Source: Ktedonobacteria bacterium
GTDB lineage: Bacteria; Chloroflexota; Ktedonobacteria; Ktedonobacterales; JACDGC01
Length of the DNA: 64,000 bases
NCBI GenBank assembly: GCA_027459785.1
Contig: DAIDGU010000087.1
Location: forward strand, 12,707-76,706
Reading direction: 5' to 3'
Part shown: one piece after another, positions 1-8,802 of the stretch
Layout of the letters: each line of letters opens with the position of its first letter
Position numbering within the stretch: position 1 is the stretch's first letter
Notes under the pieces: model-generated
What the model was told of the DNA's origin: nothing
Databases searched by the model: none
Seen by the model: the letters and a program-made list of their open reading frames with translations, nothing else
Program-made: the position numbers and the translations under genes

Positions 1-653
1 TTTCGATGTTGCTGGCCTCGCAGGATGAAGATGCCAGCGAGATGACCGACCAGCAGGTGCGCGACGAAACGATGACTTTTTTCGCCGCCGGCCACGAAAC
101 GACCTCCAACGCGCTCGCCTGGACCTTTTACCTGCTCTCCGAGCATCCCGCTAAGGCGGAGCTGCTGCGCGATGAGTTGGACCGTGTGCTGGGCGGACGC
201 GCCCCCACGATGGACGACCTAGCGCACCTGCCCTATACGGATATGGTGATCAAGGAGGCGATGCGCCTCTTTCCGCCCGCCTGGACCATTGGCCGCATGG
301 CATCGCAGGATTTCACCATCGGCAACTATCATCTGCCCAAGGGGCAGGTGGTGCTGATGCCGCAATGGGTGATGCATCGCAACCCGGAGATCTGGGGCGC
401 AGACGCGCTGGCCTTCAGGCCGGAACGCTTCGATCCGCAGCACGCGCAAGAGGTGCCGCAGTTCGCCTACTACCCCTTCGGCGGGGGTCCGCGCATGTGC
501 ATCGGCATGCCCTTCGCCCAGATGGAGGCGCGCTTGCTGCTGGCGACCATCGCCCAGCACTTCCGCCCGCGCCTGGTCCCCGGCTTCCCTGTGGTGCCGC
601 AGCCCAATATCACCCTGCGCCCGAAATATGGCTTGCAGATGACGCTGCACTAG
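1..653 (+). CDS. Cytochrome P450, C-terminal part (gene begins upstream of window)
   Basis: ORF 6..653; ExxR 'EAMR', 'FRPERF', heme-Cys loop 'FGGGPRMCIGMPFA' (FxxGxRxCxG). Confidence 0.9.
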   Translation, partial: SMLLASQDEDASEMTDQQVRDETMTFFAAGHETTSNALAWTFYLLSEHPAKAELLRDELDRVLGGRAPTMDDLAHLPYTDMVIKEAMRLFPPAWTIGRMASQDFTIGNYHLPKGQVVLMPQWVMHRNPEIWGADALAFRPERFDPQHAQEVPQFAYYPFGGGPRMCIGMPFAQMEARLLLATIAQHFRPRLVPGFPVVPQPNITLRPKYGLQMTLH

Positions 654-746
654 CCCGGCGCGGCCCTGGCGGCAACGCCCCGCCCCTGCTATCATGAAGG
701 CGACCTGATTTTTAGGCACGTTTTCATGCGAGAAAGGGGCGGTTTT

Positions 747-1322
747 ATGGCAACCTTGACGGCGGTGCTGGACGCGAACGTGCTGTTTCCGGCATCGCTG
801 CGCGACACGCTCTTGCGCGCCACCGAACGGGATATCTTTCGTTTGCAATGGACCCCTGAAATCCTAGAAGAGGTGCGCCGTAACCTCGTCAAAACAGGGA
901 AATCGACCAAAGCGCAGGCACAACGGTTACTAGATACTTTCGCCGCTTTCTTTCCACACGCTTTTATCGTCGAAGCGTATCAGTCGCTCATCCCTACTAT
1001 GCAGAATGATGCCAAAGATCGTCATGTCCTCGCTGCCGCAGTTGCTTGCGGCGCACAGGTGATTGTGACCCAAAATCTACGTGATTTTCAGTCAGTTGCT
1101 CTTGCACCTTATGGCATCGTCGCGGAAACGCCGGATGCCTTTCTCGTTCGGTTATATCACCTCGACACAGCAGCGATGGTGGCGATCATCACGGCGCAAG
1201 CGGAAGATCTGCACAATCCACCACTGACAGCATCAGACGTGTTGGATGTGCTACAGCACCATGCCCCAGCATTCACCAATTTGATGCGCCCGCACGTAGT
1301 CGCAAAAAAGAATGACAGATAA
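747..1322 (+). CDS. PIN-domain protein (VapC-like toxin candidate)
   Basis: Within ORF 726..1322; 'VLDANVLFPASLRD' N-terminal acidic PIN motif, 'DRHVLAAAVACGAQVIVTQNLRDF' C-terminal PIN motif; ATG 747 preceded by AAAGGGG. Confidence 0.7.
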   Translation: MATLTAVLDANVLFPASLRDTLLRATERDIFRLQWTPEILEEVRRNLVKTGKSTKAQAQRLLDTFAAFFPHAFIVEAYQSLIPTMQNDAKDRHVLAAAVACGAQVIVTQNLRDFQSVALAPYGIVAETPDAFLVRLYHLDTAAMVAIITAQAEDLHNPPLTASDVLDVLQHHAPAFTNLMRPHVVAKKNDR

Positions 1323-1324
1323 CG

Positions 1325-1765
1325 TCAATCGTATGCGCCGGCTTCCTGGCTCAGACGGGCGATCGCGCGGATGCCTTGGCGCATGCGCGCGTGCATCTCG
1401 CGCTGATAGTCCAGCACGTCGCGCAGTCGCAGACGGCGATGGGTGCCGACCAGCGTGAAAGGCAGGCCGCCGTTTTCCAACAGCTTAATCAGATAGGGCC
1501 GCGAGACGTTAAGGATGTCGGCGGCCTCTTGAGTTGTCAACTCTTCGCCGAGTGGCATGACGACGATGCTTTCACCTTGCGCCAGATGCTCGACGGCGGA
1601 CAACAATGCTTGACGCGCGGCCTCCGGCAGTTCGATTACGGTGCCATCGGCAGCCGTCAGGTGCAGCGATGGTTCAGCCTGAAGGGCGACGCGCACCTGC
1701 TTGATCGCCTCGTGGTCGCGTTCCTGCAACGTGATCGTCGCCTCCGGTGCGAATGGTTTGATCAT
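1325..1765 (-). CDS. Excisionase-family helix-turn-helix protein (antitoxin-like partner of the PIN protein)
   Basis: Within ORF 1325..1882; 'LTTQEAADILNVSRPYLIKLLENGGLPFTLVGTHRRLRLRDVLDY' HTH; ATG at 1765 preceded by GAGGAGGTGC; longer ORF start has no RBS. Confidence 0.7.
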   Translation of the reverse strand: MIKPFAPEATITLQERDHEAIKQVRVALQAEPSLHLTAADGTVIELPEAARQALLSAVEHLAQGESIVVMPLGEELTTQEAADILNVSRPYLIKLLENGGLPFTLVGTHRRLRLRDVLDYQREMHARMRQGIRAIARLSQEAGAYD

Positions 1766-1862
1766 GCTGCACCTCCTCTTAGCGAGGAGTATACCACATA
1801 AACGCAATAATCGCAACAAGCAGCAGCTTTTACCCAAGAAAACGGTTCCGGTACAAAACCTC

Positions 1863-1891
1863 TTGACAAGACGCACTCTCATCCGTATACT
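1863..1891 (+). promoter_or_regulatory. Candidate sigma-70 promoter for the LacI-family gene
   Basis: TTGACA (1863-1868), 17 nt spacer, TATACT (1886-1891), about 60 nt upstream of ATG 1950. Confidence 0.5.
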
Positions 1892-1907
1892 TTCTCGTAA
1901 CCGGTAC

Positions 1908-1921
1908 CGAAAACGGTTTCG
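1908..1921. promoter_or_regulatory. Candidate LacI-family operator (imperfect palindrome CGAAAACGGTTTCG)
   Basis: 12/14 self-complementary, CG-centred, just downstream of the -10; related half copy GAAAACGGTTCCGGTAC at 1838-1854 upstream of the -35. Confidence 0.4.
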
Positions 1922-1949
1922 ACACCGGTCTCAGAGATGAGGATCAGCT

Positions 1950-3023
1950 ATGGCCGACAGAATGACGATCAAAGATATTGCCGACAAAGCGGGGGTTTCC
2001 AAAGCCACCGTGTCGCGCGTGCTCAACCACAAGCCGGATGTCGATCCGGAGACGCGCGAGCGGGTATTGCGCATCGTGGAAGAAGAAGGCTTCGTCCCCA
2101 GCCCAGCAGCAACCGGCTTAGCCGGACGTAGCCGCCTCTTGGGCGTGCTGGTGCCTTCGCTCACCTGGCCGCTTATCCCGCAGATCATGCGCGGCATCGC
2201 CGAGGTGGTGGAGCAGACCAATTACGAATTGGTGCTATATAGTATCTCCCATGCACAAGACCGCGTGGCAGTGCTCGATCGGATTCTGGCGACCAAGCTG
2301 ACCTCTGGTTTATTAGCGATCTTCCCCGGCCCGGCGGCGCAACTCGTCGCCACCATCAATGCGCAAGGCTTTCCCGTTGTGATGATCGACGATCAGGAAC
2401 AGCCGACCAGCGCGCCCTGGGTCGGTGCCGACAACCGCACGGGGGCATACCTGGCGACGCGCCACCTGCTCGACCTCGGCCATCGCGGCATCGGCATCAT
2501 TCGCGGTCCCCAACACTATCTCTGCGCGCAGGAACGCTATGAGGGCTATTGTCGCGCCTTGCAAGAGGCGGGCATCACGCCTGACCCGGCTTTCACGTGG
2601 ATGGGGAATTTTGAGGTATCCAGCGGGCGCGCATGTGGCGATCAGATCCTCGCGCAAGCGGAACGCCCGACCGCCGTCTTCGCCACCAACGACCAGATGG
2701 CCTATGGGCTGCTGGCACTGTTGCAAGAACGCGGCGTCCAAGTACCGGAAGACCTCGCCATCGTCGGTTTCGACGACATCCCGCCGCTCTTTCACACGCG
2801 CGTGGCCCTGACGACCGTGCGCCAGCCCTTCTATGAGATGGGCCAGCACGGGATGCAGGCATTGATCGAACTGGTCGAAGCGCCACGTTCGGCCCCTGCC
2901 ACCTCGTTCGCCACAGCCACCACGCCGCGCGTCCCCGCACGCCCAGCGCGGCGCATCCAACTCGCCACCAGCCTGAGCGTCCGCGAGTCCTGCGGCGCCC
3001 AGGTCGCTCAACCCGTTCGCTAA
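1950..3023 (+). CDS. LacI-family transcriptional regulator (CebR-like by context)
   Basis: 'MTIKDIADKAGVSKATVSRVLN' HTH followed by a periplasmic-binding-fold body; GAGGAT 6 nt upstream of ATG. Confidence 0.9.
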   Translation: MADRMTIKDIADKAGVSKATVSRVLNHKPDVDPETRERVLRIVEEEGFVPSPAATGLAGRSRLLGVLVPSLTWPLIPQIMRGIAEVVEQTNYELVLYSISHAQDRVAVLDRILATKLTSGLLAIFPGPAAQLVATINAQGFPVVMIDDQEQPTSAPWVGADNRTGAYLATRHLLDLGHRGIGIIRGPQHYLCAQERYEGYCRALQEAGITPDPAFTWMGNFEVSSGRACGDQILAQAERPTAVFATNDQMAYGLLALLQERGVQVPEDLAIVGFDDIPPLFHTRVALTTVRQPFYEMGQHGMQALIELVEAPRSAPATSFATATTPRVPARPARRIQLATSLSVRESCGAQVAQPVR

Positions 3024-3263
3024 CTGTTCGCCGCTCATGCGGCCAGGTTCACCCCACCTTGATTACACGCATCCAGGTGGCGGGAGCGCGCGTCCCTAAA
3101 GGGGGTGAGGCTCATCTAAGGGTCCAGTCCGCGCCAGCGGACGCCACGTATTAAACGTTATGTCATATACGTGTTGCCAGGCTTCACGGCAGCGGTCTTT
3201 TTCAGACGTCGTCATCCGGCGGAACACTGTTCGTCCGTCGCATCTTCTCGCAGGAGGCTTATC

Positions 3264-4607
3264 GTGCAGCACCTCGCTCGTCGTTCCCTCGTGCCTATGC
3301 TTGCTACCCTGATGGTCAGCACCACGCTCATCCTCGCGGCGTGTGGTAGCAGCAGTAATGCCAGCACACAGAGCGGGCCGGTCAATCTCGTCTTCTGGGG
3401 CTTCAACCAGCAGATCGCGGAACAAGCCGCACTTTTCAACTCGACGCATCCGAACATCCATGTGACGGGCTTGCAGCAGCCTACTGGTGCCAACCAATAC
3501 TATCCGAAGGTGCTGTCGGCCATCAAGGCGGGCAACGCGCCGGATGTCGCCCTGATCGAATATCAGTATGTGCCAACCTTTGTCGCCAATAGCGCCCTGG
3601 TCGATCTGACGCAGTATGGCGCGAACGACGTGAAGAGCCAGTTCGACCCCGCCGCCTGGAACGAAGAGGTCGAGGGGAATGCCGTCTATGGTTATCCGCA
3701 AGATACCGGACCGATGGCGCTCTTCTATAACGCGGCGATCTTCAAGAAGGCCGGCATCACCAGCCCACCCGCGACCTGGGCGGATTTCGCCACCGACGCC
3801 GCCAAGATTCACGCCCTGGGCAAGAACTATTACATCACCGCCTTCGGCGCACAAAATACCGGCTGGTTCCAGGCGATGTTCTGGCAAGCCGGCGCGATCT
3901 GGTTCTCCATCGATAGTGCCAAGCAGGCATGGAAGGTGAACATCAATAGCGCCGCCGCTAAGCAGGTCGCCAGCTATTGGGATAACCTGATCAGCAAAGG
4001 TTTGGTTGATACCAGCGCCTCGGATGCTGACTTCCAACCCGGTTGGGGCAATGGCATGGATCATGGCACCATCGCCAGTTGGGTTTCTGCCGTGTGGGGC
4101 CAGGGCGTGATCAAAGGCGACGCCAAAGACACAAGCGGCAAGTGGGCCGTAGCGGCCATGCCACAATATACGGCTGGTGCGAATGCCTCCGCCTTCTGGG
4201 GTGGTTCGAGCATCTCGGTCATCGCCGGCACCAAGCACGCCAAAGAGGCGGAAGAATTCGTGCGCTGGTATCTCACCGACCCCGGCAGACTGAAGATCGG
4301 TGTTAATGAGATCGGCTAGTATCCCGCGAACCTCACGGCCCGCCAGACCGCCGCCACGACGCCCGACCCATACTTCGCCGGCACCACCTCTGGTGGTCAG
4401 GTGGTCGATCAGATCTTCACCAGCGTCACCGTCAATCCCGCCTGGACCTTCCCGCCGGATCTGACAACGGTGGTGCAGGATCAGGGTGACGATTTCAACG
4501 CCGCTGTGACGAACCACACCTCCATCTCGGATGCGCTGGATAAATTGCAGCAGCAGGTCGTCTCCGACCTCCAATCGCAGAACATCTCGGTGGAGCAAGG
4601 GAGCTAG
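3264..4607 (+). pseudogene. Sugar ABC transporter substrate-binding lipoprotein interrupted by an in-frame TAG at 4317-4319
   Basis: GTG 3264 with AGGAGG 7 nt upstream; signal peptide plus lipobox 'LILAACGSS'. ORFs 3171..4319 and 4401..4607 share one frame, and the stretch between them also reads as SBP sequence ('YPANLTARQ...'). Confidence 0.75.
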
Positions 4608-4621
4608 CCCCGTTGGGAACA

Positions 4622-4770
4622 GCGGGCGGTTGAAACCGCGCCTAAGCGCCTAGCGGCGACGCTGTAGGGGCGTACCCTTGTGGTCGCCCTGCCGACGCGG
4701 ACTGAAGCTAGTCCACGCAGGTGGACTTCGTGGCGGAACGCCCTTAGGTGCGATTTCAATCGCCCGCCCC
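4622..4770. repeat. MITE-like intergenic element (family F3) between SBP and permease genes
   Basis: About 23-bp inverted termini GGGCGGTTGAAACCGCGCCTAAG / CTTAGGTGCGATTTCAATCGCCC; internal hairpins GGGGCGTACCCTTGTGGTCGCCC and AGTCCACGCAGGTGGACTT; related copies at 11527, 61640, 62641. Confidence 0.75.
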
Positions 4771-4889
4771 ACCCCCAGCGATTACTCGTTTCTTTCGGCA
4801 ACTTTTTGCCATCGCCCGCATCCCTGATGCGCTTGCTCCGGCACGTACAATGGAAGCCAGCACGATCACAATCGAATGGAGGATCATTC

Positions 4890-5876
4890 ATGGCCAGCAA
4901 GACCGATCTTGTTGTTGATGCCGCCCAGACGCCACCCGCCCGTGCGCGCCGCGCCACGCTCGGTGGTCGCATGTCCGGCTTGCCCCGCTGGCTGCGCTTC
5001 CAGTGGGCCACCCCGTACCTGTTCCTGGCACCCTTTCTCATCCTGTTCGTCGTGTTCTTTTTCTTGCCCTTCGCCTACGACATCTCGCAAAGCTTTTATA
5101 AAGAGGTACGCAGTGGGCTGGGCCTGTCCGCGCCCAAGGTTGTCTGGAACGGGCTGAATAATTATACGCAAGTGCTACAAGATCCCGCTTTCCGCGATGC
5201 CATCAAGCGTGTTTTGATCTACGGGATCGTGCAGATTCCGCTCATGATGGGCGTCGCGCTCATCATCGCCTTGCTGATGGATTCGGCCACGATACGCTTT
5301 CGCAACTTCTTCCGCGTGACCGCCTTCATCCCTTACGCCGTGCCGACGGTGGTGGCGGCGATCATGTGGGGCTTTTTCTACACGCCGAATATCAGCCCGA
5401 TCACGGCTCTTTTCGTCAATGCGCACGTCCCACCGCCGGACTTCCTGGGGCCGCAAACGGTGTTGTGGTCCATCGCCAACATCTCCACCTGGGAATTCAC
5501 CGGCTTTAACATGATCATCTTCTACTCGGCCCTGCAAGCGATCCCGCAGGAGATCTATGAGGCGGGGCGCGTGGACGGCCTCTCGGAGATCGGCATCGCG
5601 CGCTTCCTGAAGGTGCCGATGATCCTGCCGGCGTTGGTGATGGGCCTGCTCTTCTCGCTGATCGGCACGATCCAGCTTTTCAACGAGCCGGAGATCCTCA
5701 CGCGCATGTCGGGGGCGATCAGTTCCACCTACACGCCCAACATCGACGCCTATAACGTCGCCTTCGTGAAGACGAATTATTACTACGGTGGCGCGATTGT
5801 GGCGATCCTGGGTATTTTAACCTTCGTCTTCTCGTTCGGTTTCTTGCGGTTGACGCGCCGCCAGTCAGGAGTGTAA
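4890..5876 (+). CDS. Carbohydrate ABC transporter permease (MalF/CebF-like)
   Basis: Within ORF 4680..5876; ATG 4890 after GGAGGA; multi-TM protein with EAA-type loop 'ALQAIPQEIYEAGRVDGLSEIGIARFLKVP'; upstream part of the ORF runs through the repeat. Confidence 0.9.
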   Translation: MASKTDLVVDAAQTPPARARRATLGGRMSGLPRWLRFQWATPYLFLAPFLILFVVFFFLPFAYDISQSFYKEVRSGLGLSAPKVVWNGLNNYTQVLQDPAFRDAIKRVLIYGIVQIPLMMGVALIIALLMDSATIRFRNFFRVTAFIPYAVPTVVAAIMWGFFYTPNISPITALFVNAHVPPPDFLGPQTVLWSIANISTWEFTGFNMIIFYSALQAIPQEIYEAGRVDGLSEIGIARFLKVPMILPALVMGLLFSLIGTIQLFNEPEILTRMSGAISSTYTPNIDAYNVAFVKTNYYYGGAIVAILGILTFVFSFGFLRLTRRQSGV

Positions 5877-5879
5877 CCC

Positions 5880-6797
5880 GTGGCAACCATTCTCACCGAC
5901 GCGCCAGAAGCGCCCGTGGAGCGTCAGCCTAATCATGCGGAACGCTACGTGGGCGCGCGACGTTTCTCCTTCGGCAGCCTGCTGGCGCTGATCTTCCTGA
6001 GCGTGCTGGCGATCTACTTCTTGATGCCGCTCTACTGGCTGGTCATCGCCTCGACCAAGGATAACAGCGACCTGTTCGGCACTTTTGGCCTGTGGTTCGG
6101 CCAATTCAACCTCTTCGCTAACCTGAGCCAACTTTTCACCTTTGAAAATGGCATCTTCATCCGCTGGATAGAGAATACCGCGCTCTACGCTGGCGTGGGT
6201 GGTGCGGCCAGCACGCTGATCTCCGTGATGGCGGGCTATGCGATGGCGAAGTTCAAGTTCTTTGGACAGAATCTGATCTTCGCGCTGGTGCTGGGCGCGG
6301 TGTTGGTGCCGATTACGACCCTCGCGCTGCCGATTTATTTGCTGGAAAGCAAAATGGGCATCACCAGCACCTATTGGGCCTTGTTGTTGCCCTCGCTGCT
6401 GAACCCGCTGGGCGTCTACCTGGCGCGCATCTACATCGCCGCCTCGGTGCCAGACGAACTCATCGCCGCCGCGCGCATCGACGGTGCCAGTGAGTGGCGC
6501 ATCTTCCAATCCGTCGTGTTGCCGGTGATGGTCCCCGGCATGGTCACGATCTTCCTCTTCCAGTTCGTGGCCATCTGGAACAACTTTTTCCTCGCGCTGG
6601 TTGTGCTGAACGATCCCAACCTGTTCCCGTTGAACCTGGGCCTGGCGACCTGGAACTTCGATCCGGCATCGCACCAGTTGCTCTATAACCTGATCGTCAC
6701 CGGCTCGCTCGTCTCGGTGCTGCCGCTGATCGTGCTGTTCCTGTTCTTGCAACGGTTCTGGCGCAGTGGCCTGACCTTTGGAGGCCTGACGGGCTAG
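5880..6797 (+). CDS. Carbohydrate ABC transporter permease (MalG/CebG-like)
   Basis: GTG start 3 nt after the previous stop; EAA loop 'AAARIDGASEWRIFQSVVLPV'; six hydrophobic segments. Confidence 0.9.
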   Translation: MATILTDAPEAPVERQPNHAERYVGARRFSFGSLLALIFLSVLAIYFLMPLYWLVIASTKDNSDLFGTFGLWFGQFNLFANLSQLFTFENGIFIRWIENTALYAGVGGAASTLISVMAGYAMAKFKFFGQNLIFALVLGAVLVPITTLALPIYLLESKMGITSTYWALLLPSLLNPLGVYLARIYIAASVPDELIAAARIDGASEWRIFQSVVLPVMVPGMVTIFLFQFVAIWNNFFLALVVLNDPNLFPLNLGLATWNFDPASHQLLYNLIVTGSLVSVLPLIVLFLFLQRFWRSGLTFGGLTG

Positions 6798-6800
6798 CGG

Positions 6801-6950
6801 CCCCACCCCCCGGCCCCCTCCCCATCGGAGATGGAGAGGGGGTGATCGTTCGGGTAGTGATCAGCCCTGATCAGCCCTGATCAACGCGATCAGCCTATAC
6901 TGTCTGGTCTCCCCTCTCCATCCGCAGATGGGGAGGGGCCGGGGGTGGGG
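6801..6950. repeat. Inverted pair of F1 hairpin modules (C-rich copy 6801-6843, G-rich copy 6911-6950) flanking short GATCAGCC repeats
   Basis: CCCCACCCCCCGGCCCCCTCCCCATCGGAGATGGAGAGGGGG versus its near reverse complement CCCCTCTCCATCCGCAGATGGGGAGGGGCCGGGGGTGGGG; begins 4 nt after the permease stop. Confidence 0.8.
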
Positions 6951-7059
6951 CGATCCCCTTATCACACCAACCCAGCGGAGCAATGATGCCTGCCGGGCAG
7001 GCGACACTTTGCCTTGAAGCGGCGTGCCAGCCCTTCTACCATATCTCGGAGGATCAGTT

Positions 7060-8451
7060 ATGACCGCCCTACAGCCCGCGCTCGATATCACTCTGGCCGC
7101 GCCCTTCCCACCGGACTTCCTGTGGGGGACGGCGACGGCTGCCTATCAGATCGAAGGGGCGACGCGCGAAGACGGTCGGCTGCCCTCGATCTGGGATCAG
7201 TTCGCCGCCACGCCGGGCAAAGTCTTTGATGGCCACACCGGCGATGTCGCCGTCGATCACTATCACCGCATGCCGGCAGATGTGGCGCTGATGGCGCAAC
7301 TGGGCGTGAATTCCTACCGCTTCTCCATCGCCTGGCCGCGCGTCATCCCCACTGGCACCGGCGCGGTCAACGCCGCCGGCCTCGATTTTTATGATCGCCT
7401 GGTAGATACGTTGCTTGCCAATGGCATCGCGCCGCTGGCGACGCTCTATCACTGGGATCTGCCCCTGGCGCTGCACGAGCGCGGCGGCTGGCTGAACCGC
7501 GACACGGCGTATGCGTATGCCGATTACGCGGAGACTGTGGGGCGGCGGCTGGGCGACCGCGTGGGCTGGTGGCTGACGCACAATGAGCCGTGGTGCGCGG
7601 CCTACCTGGGCTATGGCAGCGGGCTGCACGCGCCGGGGCTGACGGATATGCCCAGCGCCTTCGTCGCGGGCCACCACCTGTTGCTGGCGCATGGGCTGGC
7701 GCTGCCGCGCCTGCGGGCGCTGACGCAGCCCGGCACCCAGCTTGGCATCTCACTCAACCTCAACCCCGTCTACACTGCCGACGACCTGCCGGAGACGCAG
7801 CGCATCGCGGAGGAAGTCGAGATCTTCAACAATCGCTGGTTCCTCGATCCGATCTTTCGTGGCACGTACCCCGACGGCCTCTTTGCGCAATTCAACGCGC
7901 CGCCGCCGCCCGTGCAAGACGGTGATATGACCCTCATCGCCGCGCCTATCGACTTCCTGGGTGTCAATTATTATTCCCGCTCGATGGTGCCGATCCACAT
8001 GGGGACGAATCCCGTTGGCAACGGCTCGGCCACGGTCATCTCGTCCGAACACCAGACAGATTACACCGACATGGGCTGGGAGATCTACCCACCGGGCCTC
8101 TACGATCTGCTGCATACGCTGCACCGCGACTATCATCCCGCCGCCGTGGTCATCACGGAAAACGGCGCGGCTTTCACCGACGTGCTGGACGGCGATGGCC
8201 AGGTACATGATCCGCGCCGGGTAGACTATGTGCGCCAGCACATCCAGGCGATGGCGCGTGTGATCGCCGATGCCATGCCCCTCAAAGGCTACTTCCTCTG
8301 GTCGCTGATGGATAACTTCGAGTGGGCGGAAGGCTATAACAAGCGCTTCGGCATCGTCTATGTCGATTTCGCCACCCAGGAGCGTATCATCAAAACCAGC
8401 GGCCAATGGTATGCGCGCTTCATCGCCAGCCAGCGCGGCACGGCGGAGTAA
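7060..8451 (+). CDS. GH1 beta-glucosidase
   Basis: Within ORF 7024..8451; 'FLWGTATAAYQIEGA', acid/base 'THNEPW', nucleophile 'VITENGAAF'; ATG 7060 after GGAGGA. Confidence 0.93.
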   Translation: MTALQPALDITLAAPFPPDFLWGTATAAYQIEGATREDGRLPSIWDQFAATPGKVFDGHTGDVAVDHYHRMPADVALMAQLGVNSYRFSIAWPRVIPTGTGAVNAAGLDFYDRLVDTLLANGIAPLATLYHWDLPLALHERGGWLNRDTAYAYADYAETVGRRLGDRVGWWLTHNEPWCAAYLGYGSGLHAPGLTDMPSAFVAGHHLLLAHGLALPRLRALTQPGTQLGISLNLNPVYTADDLPETQRIAEEVEIFNNRWFLDPIFRGTYPDGLFAQFNAPPPPVQDGDMTLIAAPIDFLGVNYYSRSMVPIHMGTNPVGNGSATVISSEHQTDYTDMGWEIYPPGLYDLLHTLHRDYHPAAVVITENGAAFTDVLDGDGQVHDPRRVDYVRQHIQAMARVIADAMPLKGYFLWSLMDNFEWAEGYNKRFGIVYVDFATQERIIKTSGQWYARFIASQRGTAE

Positions 8452-8689
8452 AAGTGAGGAGGATGAGGTTTCAGAAGAGCAGAGACGAAATGGACATCGC
8501 CGCTGCATGGCAGCAGCGCCCCCGCTCGTCTTTTCCCCAGGAGTTATGCTGCTTGGATTGTCTCAGCTTGCACCTTCGCATTCTATATGACCGAGGTCAA
8601 CAACGCGAACGTGCTGCACGTGATCGATACCAACCACCTGCCCTGAGGCGGCTTCCCACCATGAGCATTCCTCCCTGTATCTATGCTTT

Positions 8690-8779
8690 ATACGCTTTGT
8701 GGGCGATCCGTATGGATACCGGAGGACAGACATTCCTGCCTGTCCGGTCCCACTGACCACCGTCTTTCCCCGCAAGGGG
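8690..8779 (+). repeat. About 100-bp F2 element containing the GGACAGAC..GTCTGTCC-type hairpin
   Basis: Near-identical copies at 61464-61564 (+) and 28926-29040 (reverse complement). Confidence 0.75.
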
Positions 8780-8802
8780 TATTATAGTATATTAGGAGAG
8801 GA

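Noticed and set aside
3096-4598. 500-aa ORF on the minus strand
   Set aside because: It lies antisense to the clearly recognisable sugar-binding protein gene. Its composition is Arg/Gly/Ala-rich, typical of shadow ORFs in GC-rich DNA, and it has no motif or RBS.
4680-4889. 70-aa N-terminal extension of the permease (ORF 4680..5876)
   Set aside because: The extension is encoded by the MITE-like repeat. A good ATG with GGAGGA at 4890 starts exactly where permease-like sequence begins.
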